From the NCBI GenBank assembly GCA_964036045.1, contig OZ038378.1, positions 22,568,001-22,632,000 of the forward strand: a stretch of 64,000 bases of DNA, given 5' to 3'. The stretch comes from Eutreptiella sp. 'Long Island Sound 2002' (lineage: Eukaryota > Protista > Euglenida). Positions 23,601 to 33,890 of this stretch are shown piece by piece. Positions within the stretch are counted from its first letter, which is position 1. Each line of letters starts with the position of its first letter. A program made the position numbers and the translations under genes. A model generated the notes under the pieces. It made no database searches, was not told the origin of the DNA, and saw nothing but the letters and a program-made list of their open reading frames with translations.

Positions 23601-25769
23601 CCTTCGAAACCCGCGTCATTAGAACTATCTGGGGCCCTACACGCCCAGGGAGGGCAAAAGAAAATTTCTTTTCCTTGCTATGCAAAGGCCACCGGATTTC
23701 TCCACCCATGGTGGTCAAGTACTCACGCCTGCTTTGGCTGTCGCATCTTTGCCGGAACAGGGGCCCAAACCAGATCACTGCCCAGGCCATCTGGGAAACA
23801 GGATTATACACAAGAAACAGCGGCCCCTTTGGGCGCGCAGTGCAAACAGCACAGGAATGCGGCTGGGCGCCTATGCAGGGTTGGTGGGGCTGGAAAGTCC
23901 CAGGGCAGAGTGAACCCCTTATGTTAAATGGGGACAAACAGACTGTAAAACACGAAGTCCGCGAACAGCTTAGGAAGCAATTGTTAGTCTCGTTACTCCA
24001 ACGGCGACCTCGCCTGTTTGCGGGTCTGCACTATGCCACAAACAGGCAACTTCTACAGCCGAGCATTGCCAGCTTTGGGTCCGAACTAGAGCGGACCATA
24101 TTGAGAGGGGTTCTTTCTGGAGCGACCTGGACCGCGCTGCGCGCGTATCAACGTGGCCTTCGCACCTCCTCCGCATGTCCTTTTTGTAATGCGTCCCCAG
24201 AAGATGAGGAACATATCCTCTGGCATTGTGTCGCGTGGGACCACGTCCGTGACCCGCTGTTGGCGCTTGTGCACACGGCCCTTTCCCAGGTGCCGGAGCT
24301 TCCACCACCCGGCCAGTGGCCGGCATGCTTACGGCGATGTGGTTTAGCCCCAGAAATTTCCACAGAGGCAATAAAATCTGGTGCAGCTTTCACCTTCCTG
24401 CGCGCGGTACACTCCATGTTTGTGTGCATTATAGCAGCACGCAAAAAGCGAGATGCGCACAGCCCTTCCATCTTTGCAGGGTACAGACTGTCTCAACAAG
24501 TCAGGCAATACCCCTATCAACAACTGGTTGGGCCACTGCCCCAAACGGTGGCACACGGTGCCTTGACACTCCGCACCCCCAAGGGGCATGAATGGAAGTG
24601 GGAAAAGAGCTTTCTCGCGGACCTACTCGGTTGGCTACGAGCCCTGACGTGGCCGGAGGAACCGGGGACAGTCACCTTTTTGGAACTAGCAATTGATTTC
24701 GAAGAGTTCGCGCAAAGGACCCTCCCCCATGCGCCTCAGGCGAAGTATGCAGGACATACCCTGTCCCTCCAAGAACGAGGCAGGGTACTGCGTTTGGCAA
24801 TGTCCAGCGCTCAGCGACTGGTCACCTCAGGCCAGCTGCACCCAGCCGGCATGGTGACCCGCTGTGGCTCGCTTGTGCCGCTGGGGGGACCGGCGATCTG
24901 CGGTTTAAATAAACGCCCGTATTTTGCACGCCGAGAGGCCATGATTTCACACATCCGCAAACTCGTTCAGTATTGCGAAGAGCAGTGGGTGGCCAAGGCG
25001 GGAACACACCGCACACATGCGCTGCGCCCATACACATACCGCCCGCGTAAGACAGCGGCAGAGATTGAAGCACATAGACTGCACAGAGCCCTGTGCGGGA
25101 ACTTGCAGACAGGCCTGGCGCCAGCATCTGGTGCACAGCTCACAGCTCACAGACTTTTTCCCCATCATCGGCGCCGGTCGCTTGCCACAGCGCCCATACA
25201 CAGGAACACGCAGGCACGTACCAACAACAGCACAGGCACACGTAAACAGGGCGCCAACAAATGCCACTGTATGTGACACACACTCTCTACCGGCGTGCAT
25301 CACGTGCAAGAGGCTGCGCAAAACAGCCCAGGAGTGTTGCTCTTTGGGGCATCACGAAGCGGGGCACGTCCCTCGCCGCCCGCAACTACAGCTCTGTGAG
25401 GCCCACAGACTGCCGCCGTGCCCCATTTGCGCACGCACACAACGGGGGGTAAGGCACTGTTGTGCAAGGGGGCATCACAAAGTGTGCACCCCAGTCCAGC
25501 CATCCAGGAAGCGTTGCTCCTCTCAACAGCCGAAGCGTTCATATAAACGCCCACGAGTTGGGCCTTCACAGACAAGTCAAGCCTCTTTGAGGTCTCCACA
25601 CCAACCCCCAACGCCTCCCGCCCCCAAGCGGCGGAGGCCCAAAACGCCATCCCCGCCCTCCCCACCAACCCCTGTTCCACAGGGGCTGGTAGAGACGCCG
25701 GATACGGAAGCAATCTGCCGCCAGCTCTTTCTGGGGGCACGCGGAAGGGCCAGCTCCGAGGTTACCTAA
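20661..25769 (+). pseudogene. LINE B ORF2 (APE endonuclease, RT, CxxC..HxxxxC finger, twin Cys/His repeats), disrupted
   Basis: APE: NTNVTSL, GMQETRL, TDANFN, TRIDAL. RT: LDYVKCFD, GILQGCPLS. Finger: CPFC..EHILWHC. Lesions: TAG at 20820-20822, inversion 23095-23291 containing YADD, frameshift near 25140. Ends GRASSEVT*. Confidence 0.9.
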
Positions 25770-26056
25770 CCGTACACACACAGAGGTTCTGATTCCGCAG
25801 AAGGGATGGATCACAGGCGCAAAGAGGCAACAGCAGACTGAGCCGAATACACCTGCCATCTCATGGCTGCATAAGGATCTACCTCGTAAAAAGTACACGC
25901 TCTTTTTCTGGCGCCTTGACCGTGGTTGGGCGCTTACCCACAAAATGCCAGAACCGGCGGTCTCTCGGCGTTGAGGGCTACCCACGGCCCCCTGCCAGGG
26001 CCGAGACCCGCGCCCTCACGTCGCGGGCGGCCGCGGCTTCCGCGGCAAGTACCCCG

Positions 26057-28870
26057 ATGGGGGACCAGACCGCGGCCCTCACCGCGGCCCTCACCGAGGC
26101 CATCGTCGCGGCGTTGCAGCCACTGCTACAGCGCACCCCGTGGGGGGACCCCCTCATAGCGGAGGACTCCGATCAGGGGGGTTGGATACGCGATGGAGCC
26201 CAGTACTATGGGGAGGAGTACTTCTGGCTGCCCCCGGGGCAGACTCCGCGACAGTGGCGAGAAGTACATCGTCAAATGCGCGAGCAGCAGCAGCTTCACG
26301 CGAAGGAGGTCCAGCCCCAGCTCGAGCCCGACGAGGGTGCCGCGGCAGCAACGGCGGCGGCGGCAGTGCTGGCGGCGGCAACGTTGGCAGCCAAGGCGGA
26401 GCTGGCTATTCAGCAAGCGGTCGAGGACGAGGAGGCTATTGTGCACATCGCGCGTGCCGGGGCCCAGCCAGGGCGAGCGGCCGCCACGGCGGAGTGGCCG
26501 GAGCTGCCGGCAACATGCGTGCCCCCGCCCACGACGCCCTCCCGGGGCGAGCCGGGCCGGAGGGCACAGGGGCGAGCCCGCGCCAGGGCGCGTCGAGCGG
26601 TCGCGTCGTTGGCAGCGGCGTCCACGGCGGCAGCAACCGCGGCAGCAGTGGCAGCGGCAGCGGCCATCGTCGTGTCGGTCTCGGACACGACACCGGAGGC
26701 GGCATCGGCAGCCGGCGCTGCCCTGGACCACGAGGAGTCGACGGCGGCAGCGCACAACGGTCTGGGCCTCATCGAGCAGGGGGCCATGGTATGCCTGCAG
26801 CGCACTGACCCACTAGGCCTGTGGGGCCCAGTGGGGGCATGGGCGGATGAGCCCTGCCCCCTGTATGGCAAGCTGGAGGTGCAGGCGGCGTCCCCCAGCG
26901 CCCAGGACGCCACCTGTGACTTTTTGGGCAGCCCGCAGGCTGCCAATGGCGCTGTCTGTGGCGCTACCGGTGCGCCTGGGGCTGGAGGGGACGCATCCCC
27001 CAGCGCCCAGGACGCCATCTGTGCCTTTTCGGGCAGCCTGCAGGCTGCCAATGGCGCTGTCTGTGGCGCTACCGGGGCGCCTGGGGCTGGTGGGGACGCA
27101 TCCCCCAGCGCCCAGGACGCCACCTGTGACTTTTTGGGCAGCCCGCAGGCTGCCAGTGGCGCTGTCTGTGGCGCTACCGGGGCGCCTGGGGCTGGTGGGG
27201 ACGCATCCCCCAGCGCCCAGGACGCCATCTGTGCCTTTTCGGGCAGCCCGCAGGCTGCCAATGGCGCTGTCTGTGGCGCTACCGGAGCGCCTGGGGCTGG
27301 AGGGGACGCATCCCCCAGCGCCCAGGACGCCATCTGTGCCTTTTCGGGCAGCCTGCAGGCTGCCAAAGGCGCTGTCTGTGGCGCTACCGGGGCGCCTGGG
27401 GCTGGTGGGGACGCATCCCCCAGCGCCCAGGACGCCACCTGTGACTTTTTGGGCAGCCCGCAGGCTGCCAGTGGCGCTGTCTGTGGCGCTACCGGGGCGC
27501 CTGGGGCTGGTGGGGACGCATCCCCCAGCGCCCAGGACGCCATCTGTGCCTTTTCGGGCAGCCCGCAGGCTGCCAATGGCGCTGTCTGTGGCGCTACCGG
27601 AGCGCCTGGGGCTGGAGGGGACGCATCCCCCAGCGCCCAGGACGCCATCTGTGCCTTTTCGGGCAGCCTGCAGGCTGCCAAAGGCGCTGTCTGTGGCGCT
27701 ACCGGTGCGCCTGGGGCTGGTGGGGAAGCATCCCCCAGCGCCCAGGACGCCACCTGTGACTTCTCGGGCAGCCTGCAGGCTGCCAATGGCGCTGTCTGCG
27801 GCGCTACCGGGGCGCCTGGGGCTGGAGGGGACGCATCCCCCAGCACCCAGGGCGCCATCTGTGCTGACCCCCCGGCCCTTACCCACTTATCTGGGTTTCC
27901 TGGGGGGAGGGGGGTGGAGGTGGTCAGGACCAGCCCCCCCCCCTGCCTTGCGTTGACCCAATGCCCTGGGGCATCCGGGGGCTGCATTGTTTTTGAGGAA
28001 GTCTTTCAGGGAGGGGGGAGGCAGCAGGAGATGCTGGAGGATGAGGTGTGCACCCGTGCGTGCATAGAGGAGCTCCAGGTGGCGACGTTGGAGCTCCTGA
28101 TGGGTAGTTTTCGGGAGGGGGGGCTGCGCCTTTCTGCCCCCCCCTCCCCCATCAATTTATGCCCTAATCCGCCCCCGGGCCGCCTGCCCTGTGCGGCGCC
28201 CTGGGGGTCAGATTCTGTTTCATCTGGCGGGGGATGGGGCCTCACCCCCCCCCTCCACTGCCCTCGCCCCAGCCTCCTGCCCCCCAGACCACGGGGCCAG
28301 GGGAGGGGGGGCGTGGCGGCTCTGCCACCATCTTTGAGAGGGCCATTGGCCCAGCCCACCAGCGGTGGGAACGGAGGGGCCCTGCCGGTAGCCAGAGCCG
28401 CCGGCCTCCCCGTGAGTGGTGGGGCCCAGCTGGCTTTCGTTTCTGCTAGCCCAGTGATGTCACGGGCTAGGGAACCCCCCCCGTGCGATCCGAGCCCGCA
28501 CTCAGGGCACAAGGTGCGTACATGGGGGGAGGGGGATCACAATCACCCCCTCCCACAGGTGCATCCAGCAGCTCCAGCGCTGGAGCTGGGGCAGTCGGTT
28601 TCCGCAACCGCCAGCCCGGAGGAGGTTCATGTGGGGACGTCGGCTTCAACCGCCGCCGGCCCTGCGAAAGAGGCGTGGGGGGTGGGGATTCCGGATCGCC
28701 CCCTCCCCCCTTCGTGGCCGCAGGCAGCGGCACGGGCGGTTCTGGGGCACAGCCCAGGAGGGGGGCACGCCCCCCCAGCAGGAGGCAAGGAGGCGCCGGC
28801 TCCGGCGCATCAGGGGGGCAGCAGGGTGCCGGTGATGGTGCACGGGAGAGCCTCAAGTGAGGTGACCTAA
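26057..28870 (+). CDS. Ala/Gly/Pro-rich protein (~937 aa from MGDQ; frame open from 25916) with nine-plus 35-aa repeats, ending HGRASSEVT*
   Basis: The frame is intact across the element. Complex N-terminus (WIRDGAQYYGEEYFWLPPGQTPRQW). No RT, EN or integrase motif seen. Confidence 0.65.
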   Translation: MGDQTAALTAALTEAIVAALQPLLQRTPWGDPLIAEDSDQGGWIRDGAQYYGEEYFWLPPGQTPRQWREVHRQMREQQQLHAKEVQPQLEPDEGAAAATAAAAVLAAATLAAKAELAIQQAVEDEEAIVHIARAGAQPGRAAATAEWPELPATCVPPPTTPSRGEPGRRAQGRARARARRAVASLAAASTAAATAAAVAAAAAIVVSVSDTTPEAASAAGAALDHEESTAAAHNGLGLIEQGAMVCLQRTDPLGLWGPVGAWADEPCPLYGKLEVQAASPSAQDATCDFLGSPQAANGAVCGATGAPGAGGDASPSAQDAICAFSGSLQAANGAVCGATGAPGAGGDASPSAQDATCDFLGSPQAASGAVCGATGAPGAGGDASPSAQDAICAFSGSPQAANGAVCGATGAPGAGGDASPSAQDAICAFSGSLQAAKGAVCGATGAPGAGGDASPSAQDATCDFLGSPQAASGAVCGATGAPGAGGDASPSAQDAICAFSGSPQAANGAVCGATGAPGAGGDASPSAQDAICAFSGSLQAAKGAVCGATGAPGAGGEASPSAQDATCDFSGSLQAANGAVCGATGAPGAGGDASPSTQGAICADPPALTHLSGFPGGRGVEVVRTSPPPCLALTQCPGASGGCIVFEEVFQGGGRQQEMLEDEVCTRACIEELQVATLELLMGSFREGGLRLSAPPSPINLCPNPPPGRLPCAAPWGSDSVSSGGGWGLTPPLHCPRPSLLPPRPRGQGRGGVAALPPSLRGPLAQPTSGGNGGALPVARAAGLPVSGGAQLAFVSASPVMSRAREPPPCDPSPHSGHKVRTWGEGDHNHPLPQVHPAAPALELGQSVSATASPEEVHVGTSASTAAGPAKEAWGVGIPDRPLPPSWPQAAARAVLGHSPGGGHAPPAGGKEAPAPAHQGGSRVPVMVHGRASSEVT
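26888..27862 (+). repeat. Coding tandem array, 9+ x 105 bp (ASPSAQDAxCxFxGSxQAAxGAVCGATGAPGAGGD)
   Basis: Period 105 (tcccc at 26891, 26996...). Units 3-5 and 6-8 form a 315-bp higher-order duplication. Confidence 0.95.
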
Positions 28871-28949
28871 GTCAAGGGCGGACGTCCTTCCGCCGCGCCG
28901 CGACACACCGGGGGGCCGGGGGTGGGATAGGGCAGGCTTCAGGCAGGCT

Positions 28950-28973
28950 CTAACCCGCTAACCCCTAACCCTC
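28950..28973 (+). repeat. Short telomere-like (CCCTAA)-type tract in the element 3' UTR
   Basis: ctctaacccgctaacccctaaccct: three degenerate units only. Confidence 0.35.
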
Positions 28974-29074
28974 CCGTCGCAAGAGCGGCCAGGACATTAA
29001 AAGCCATCAACCTCGTAAAAAGTACAGATCACACACACACACACACATACATGTATGTATGTATGTATGTATGT

Positions 29075-31391
29075 TACCCACGAACCAAGCTGCGTACAAA
29101 GTACCCTAGAGAACTGCCACAGGCATGAACAGAGCATGGATTGAATCACCCCCATCGCGGGGCAATTGGCCATTGGCACACATATACACACACATGGCGT
29201 CCATCTCACCGTGGGACAAATACGCAGCATGGGGATTGTACGCTTTCTGGTAGTGATGACTGAGACCCGTTCGCTCAAGGTGCCGAGGTGGAGAAGATGG
29301 GCCACTACGATTGGCGAAGTAAATAGAGTGGATGTACCGGCCATGGTGAGAGCCACAAGGGCGGCTAACAAGGAGCATGCACAGCAAGTGCTAGACATGA
29401 TCGTGGGCCTTTTGGAAGCCGCCGAATGGCAAGTCAGTGCAAATTGACGGCTCGGCACCGCCAGGGTTTAGGGAGTGGCGATTGAAGGGAGTCAAAACGG
29501 CGGTTGTTTTGCGGAAATTGCGCCGACAGATCAACAAGAAACTGCAGTGTGGCCGGCCCCGTGGAAAACCAACGTCCCGTCTATTACACACGAGTTCATG
29601 TACAAAGTGCCGTGGAAGAAGCTGTAGGTAGGACAACGCGTAGGGCCAGTCAAACAAATCGAAGATGGTTGTGCCTGGTGTGGAGCGCAGGAGACTATAT
29701 ACCACTTTGTGAAGAGCTGCCCCATGGTGTGGATGCCGTATACGGCATGCAGGGACGTGGCAACGCCACTCGTGCGGGGGACCGACGTGGGACGGTGGGT
29801 GGACAACCCCATCATTGCGCTCACCAACCCTACGGGGTTGTGTGTGTGGTTGGGATTGCATCAATTTTGGACGCCGAGGTGCCAAATAGCGGTACGCGGA
29901 ATGGAAGTGGGAACTCGGAGTGTTGTTATGGCACTGGGGGTCACCTTCACAGAGGCAAGAGCGTGGTTCTGCAACACGGAGCAACCATAAGCTGCACACA
30001 CGGTGGAGAGGCTTTCGATATGGTTTTGGCGGCGTAGGCAGCATATGCTAGGGGAGGACCCGCCAATGAATGCAACTAGGCTGCGAGCCGTGAGGGCCAG
30101 AGCAGCAGCAGTGGGGCCGCAAGAGGCGCACGAAAATCCAGAGAAAGGAAAATGACTGGCGATGCAAGCAGGAGAGGCAGCGGACCCAGCGGGACGCCTG
30201 GGCCCAGGTGGCAACCTAACCAGATCAATGGGTGCCCGCGCTCTCCACACGGCAGCGCAAACAATCGAAACAGCAAACCACCGACGGCTGATGGAGATAT
30301 CAGCAGAGCACGAGGCAGCAGGACCGACGAGTGAGGACCAAATGGTGCCACGAGAAGTACATAACCAGGACGACATGTCAGAATTGGAGGACACGCAATG
30401 GTCCCTGGCGTGTACCCAAATGGCCATGTCACGCCACGACGACGACAAGCAGTTGGCAAGTGGCGCGCACACATACGTACATGCGGACGACCACCGGTCA
30501 CTAGCATGCACACACATGAGTACGTCAGAGGACGAGTGCAGCCAGGGGGCCCGGGCACGAGATTTTTTGGTAGACCTCTCGGATGCAGAGTCCGTACCTG
30601 AATTTCTCTTGCACTCCACAAAGATACATGCCTGGCGGACGGGTCGGAGATACGGGGGCAAGCAGGATTCTCCCATATATATCATGATGCCGGACTGGCT
30701 GCTTGCCTTTTGCCATCCAACCTCGGCACTTATATAGCTGTAGGTTGCTAAAAAAAATCCACACACCACTTGGAGTCACTATACAAGCACAACTCTTGGG
30801 TGTTGCGCACAGCGCGGATTCTTGCTTTGACTGCCGATACCTCCACCCTGTTATTGGTTTGTGGACCCACCACTGGCTCGCTTATGTTATCATATTCTGC
30901 GTGGGGGAAGAAGATACCAGCTATTGCAGGGCAGGACAGCGTTAGTGTCCGTCACCGATGTGTATGGGCATAATAAGTTGGTACATAACGATGCGGTAGA
31001 TGCCCTAGCCAGGGTTGGGGCAGCAAACAAAACGGTACGGCCCAAAGGGCCGACGGATGACGGACCGAGGGTAAGGAGGCAAACGCACACAAGGACACAA
31101 GGTGTAAAGAGGCAGGCAGCAGTGCAGGTCTCAGATAGTGACTCAGGCAGTGCCAAGCCTATAATAATCTGCCATAGGCGGCGGGAGATGCGTAATGCGC
31201 CGATGGACATTCCGGATCCCGAGCAGACTAGAGGCAAGACTAGAGGCAGGCAGAGCACCGAGGCACAGTGTATACCCACGAACCAAGCTGTGTACAAAGT
31301 ACCCCAGAGAACTGCCACAGGCATGAACAGAGCATGGATTGAATCACCCCCATCGCGGGGCAATTGGCAATTGGCACACACTTACACACAC
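29075..31391 (+). mobile_element. Old retroelement relic with RNase H remnant, bounded by 119-bp direct repeats
   Basis: Direct repeats at 29075-29193 and 31273-31391. VYGHNKLVHNDAVDALARVGA (~30960-31025) fits the RNase H C-terminal H..N..D.LA motif. Preceded by (ATGT)n. Confidence 0.55.
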
Positions 31392-32141
31392 TGGGTGTGC
31401 GCGAGCTCCTCAGCTGCAGCCTGCCCTGCGGCGCCTGTGGGGGTGCACGATGTTCGTGGCTGTCCTATGTGGCCTCTGGCACAGCAGTCACAGACACCCC
31501 TGCCCCCAAAAATCAAATCTCTCATTAAAGTATTGCATCCCTCTCCTGCAGCACGGGGCAGGGCAGGGGATGAGCCGGTAAGTTTTCGTTCACGTTCACA
31601 CACATGAGTTGGCAACATCACAGCACGATGCTGCCACTGTGCACTTTGCTGCCTAGCCCCTTGGGTGCCCCACATCCTCATAGACGTTATGCCTTCTGCC
31701 AACCCCCACTCTTCCATTTTTGTGCACCTCCTTCCACGTGGGACACGTACCACAGTATGTGGACACGGTCTGGGAGAGTGGGATTTTGGCACCCCTGTTA
31801 GAGTGTCAACGGCCTGACACAGGTCTGCGCAACCCAAAGTGCAGTAGGAATGCAGGAATTGAACCTCACTGTTTGTGCATGTCTGGGATTGATTGCCTTG
31901 GTACATCTTGGAGTTCTACCCCCCCCCCTCCCCCCCAAACAAAGGTTTTTGGCTCCTTCAACGCTATCTTGTCCACCACGGCTTCTCAAACGGGCCAGAG
32001 GGCTGTTTCCCTGGCGCATCAAGGTCGTGGATTGGTGTCGGGTGGTGGGGCTGGTGCATGCTGGTGCAGCTGGTGCAAGGCTGGCACTGTATTGTTTCGC
32101 CCTTTGTTTGCCCGTGTTCCCAGTCTCATCATTGTTCACAG

Positions 32142-32275
32142 ACTGACGATAAGGTGTACACAGAGAAAGAGTACCAGGAAGCGCTGGCCGCAGCCCGAGA
32201 GGAGGCCAAGAACGAAGCAAAATGGCTGCTGGAGGAGCTTCAGGCCCAGAAGGAAGAAGAGTTGAAGAAGGGCAG
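32142..32275 (+). CDS. Host gene exon (TDDKVYTEKEYQEALAAAREEAK...)
   Basis: ttcacAG acceptor, ggcag|GT donor, 134 nt, phase 0 to 2; in frame with both neighbours. Confidence 0.8.
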
Positions 32276-33334
32276 GTTCCATTGGTTGTGGGGCTAAGGT
32301 GGAGGAAAGGGGGGGGGTCGGCACACTGTTACACCGTGTTCTGCTGCACAGTACCCACCAGAGGCAAAGCACAGACGGTCAAGATGATGTCGCACAGGCG
32401 ATAATCAGAGGGGGAGGGGATTGGTCACAACCACATCGTAGGCAAATCATCAGCTTCGATTTTTCTGTTTCGTTTTCTTTCGTTCAATACGCCCGGTGGC
32501 CGGTCGCTGTTGTGCATACGGCAGTTGGCATTTCTTTCCGGGGCAACAGACGCCAACCCGGAATCCTTGAGACAAACGCCAGCGGGGGCCTTCTGCCTTG
32601 CTCCTGGCGCCAGGAGAGCAGTTGTGCCCGACCCAAGGACTGGCCCTGGGACCTCAGCTGTAGGGGCAGGCTGGTAGCAACCAGTCACCCGTCGGAGCCT
32701 CTCAGCAGGTGGCCTTCAACCAATGGCAGTGGCCGATGATCACATCATTGGTCTGGGGTCACGGTTACCTCCTTGGGGGGCTCTTCTTTTCCCTCCTGCC
32801 GGACCCAATCATGGGTCAATCAAGGACGTCAAAATTAGACAGTCAACGTTCGGCACTCAGACGGCAGGCACTCAGATCGGGTGCGCAAGAGACCCGCGCC
32901 AACTACAGCACAGGCTTCTCAGTTGCATTAATGACCCAGATGCACTGGGGCCTGGAAGCTGTTCCGAGCGACCTTCGGATTCTTAGTGCCCTCCAGATAC
33001 GCCGAATTTGGAAAAGTCGATCAGCCATTTGCTTCCGCTGGCCCCGGCAGTTGGTACGTATCCAATGGCGGCTGGTGGGTAACCATGAGCATTCTAGTTT
33101 GTCTGTGTAATGGAGGGATTATCTCCTTCTTTGTTTCTCCTTACGGAAGCCCCTGTTGTCTTTTCAGGGAAAAGCTCAAAAATGATGTTTTTGCTGTCCA
33201 ACTCAATGGTTGGAGGGGAGCCCCCACAATGTTGTAGCGCCAGGGAGACAGCCCCCCGGCCCGTTTGAGAAATCTTGGTGGAAAACATGCGTTGAAGGTG
33301 CCAACAGCTCTTCAGGGGGCGGGTGGGGTAGAAG

Positions 33335-33807
33335 CTCTTGGAGGGTCGATGCCATAATGCCCTGAGGTCCTGCCCGGGCCTGTAGGAGCATGCTTTCTTC
33401 TGCCGGCGCATGCTTCTGCAGCAATTGGGGTGGGGGGGGGCCTGGCGCACCTCAGATATGGCAGGCCAGTGCAGGGCCGTCCTTCAGGAGGGGGGAGTAA
33501 AAAATCCCTCTGTCCCACTGACAACATCTCATGCTCACGGTTACCTCCAACCGCCATCGGTTACCCCCCAACTGCTGTCGGTTCCCCCCAATGGGGCACT
33601 GCTCACAATCCCTGTCCCTGAGAGAAAATATATATAAAACCTCGCTCGATCCTACGGATGGCCCTGGGCAGGAGTGTTGATCTGCCCAGTGGGCTGGCCT
33701 AACTTTGGGGAAGGCGCTTTATCTCGATAGCAGTGGATTTGCCACCTGTTTACCGAAGGAAGTCAGATTGTTGGAAGACCTCAATATGTAGACAGTGCCT
33801 ATTGTGC
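33335..33807 (-). repeat. Inverted copy of 17078-17556, ending 20 nt before an exon acceptor
   Basis: Direct reverse-complement match. Confidence 0.95.
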
Positions 33808-33827
33808 CTATTGTTTTCTGGGTGCAG

Positions 33828-33890
33828 GGACGATTTCGAGCAGTTGAAGCAAAAGGCCTCACCATATGAGGCAGAGGCAGCTGATCTCAG
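33828..33890 (+). CDS. Host gene symmetric exon (DDFEQLKQKASPYEAEAADL)
   Basis: gtgcAG / gatctcag|GT, 63 nt, phase 2-2. Confidence 0.85.

Larger units (their letters stand above)
18701..25773 (+). mobile_element. 7.1-kb non-LTR retrotransposon (LINE B), inactivated, inserted at a (CA)n tract
   Basis: ORF1 plus APE-RT ORF2. Candidate TSD acacacacag at 18691-18700 and 25774-25783 (low complexity, so ends are approximate). No poly-A; the element ends 4 nt after the ORF2 stop. Confidence 0.9.
25898..29009 (+). mobile_element. 3.1-kb TSD-flanked element with one long non-enzymatic ORF (putative non-autonomous retroelement)
   Basis: 17-bp direct repeat acctcgtaaaaagtaca at 25881-25897 and 29010-29026. 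No TIRs or LTRs. High GC. Confidence 0.85.

Noticed and set aside
25898-26030. Self-cleaving ribozyme (HDV-like, pistol or hammerhead) in retroelement 5' leaders, also examined at 18701-18858 and 4951-5080
   Set aside because: Several helices can be drawn (ggcgcct/gggcgct, ccgtgg/ccacgg, tgagggc/gccctca, gtgcctg/caggcac), but the order and linker lengths did not fit any of these topologies. A covariance-model search would be needed.
26410-27987. Long minus-strand ORFs (525, 369 and 357 aa) over the 105-bp array, and similar antisense ORFs over the LINEs
   Set aside because: These are shadow frames of GC-rich or repetitive coding sequence with no independent motifs.
32580-33130. Possible tyrosine-recombinase (DIRS/Ngaro) remnants here and at 48220-49140
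   Set aside because: Only vague motif echoes (ALRSGAQETRANYSTG; HxxxxGG). No convincing R-H-R-Y set.
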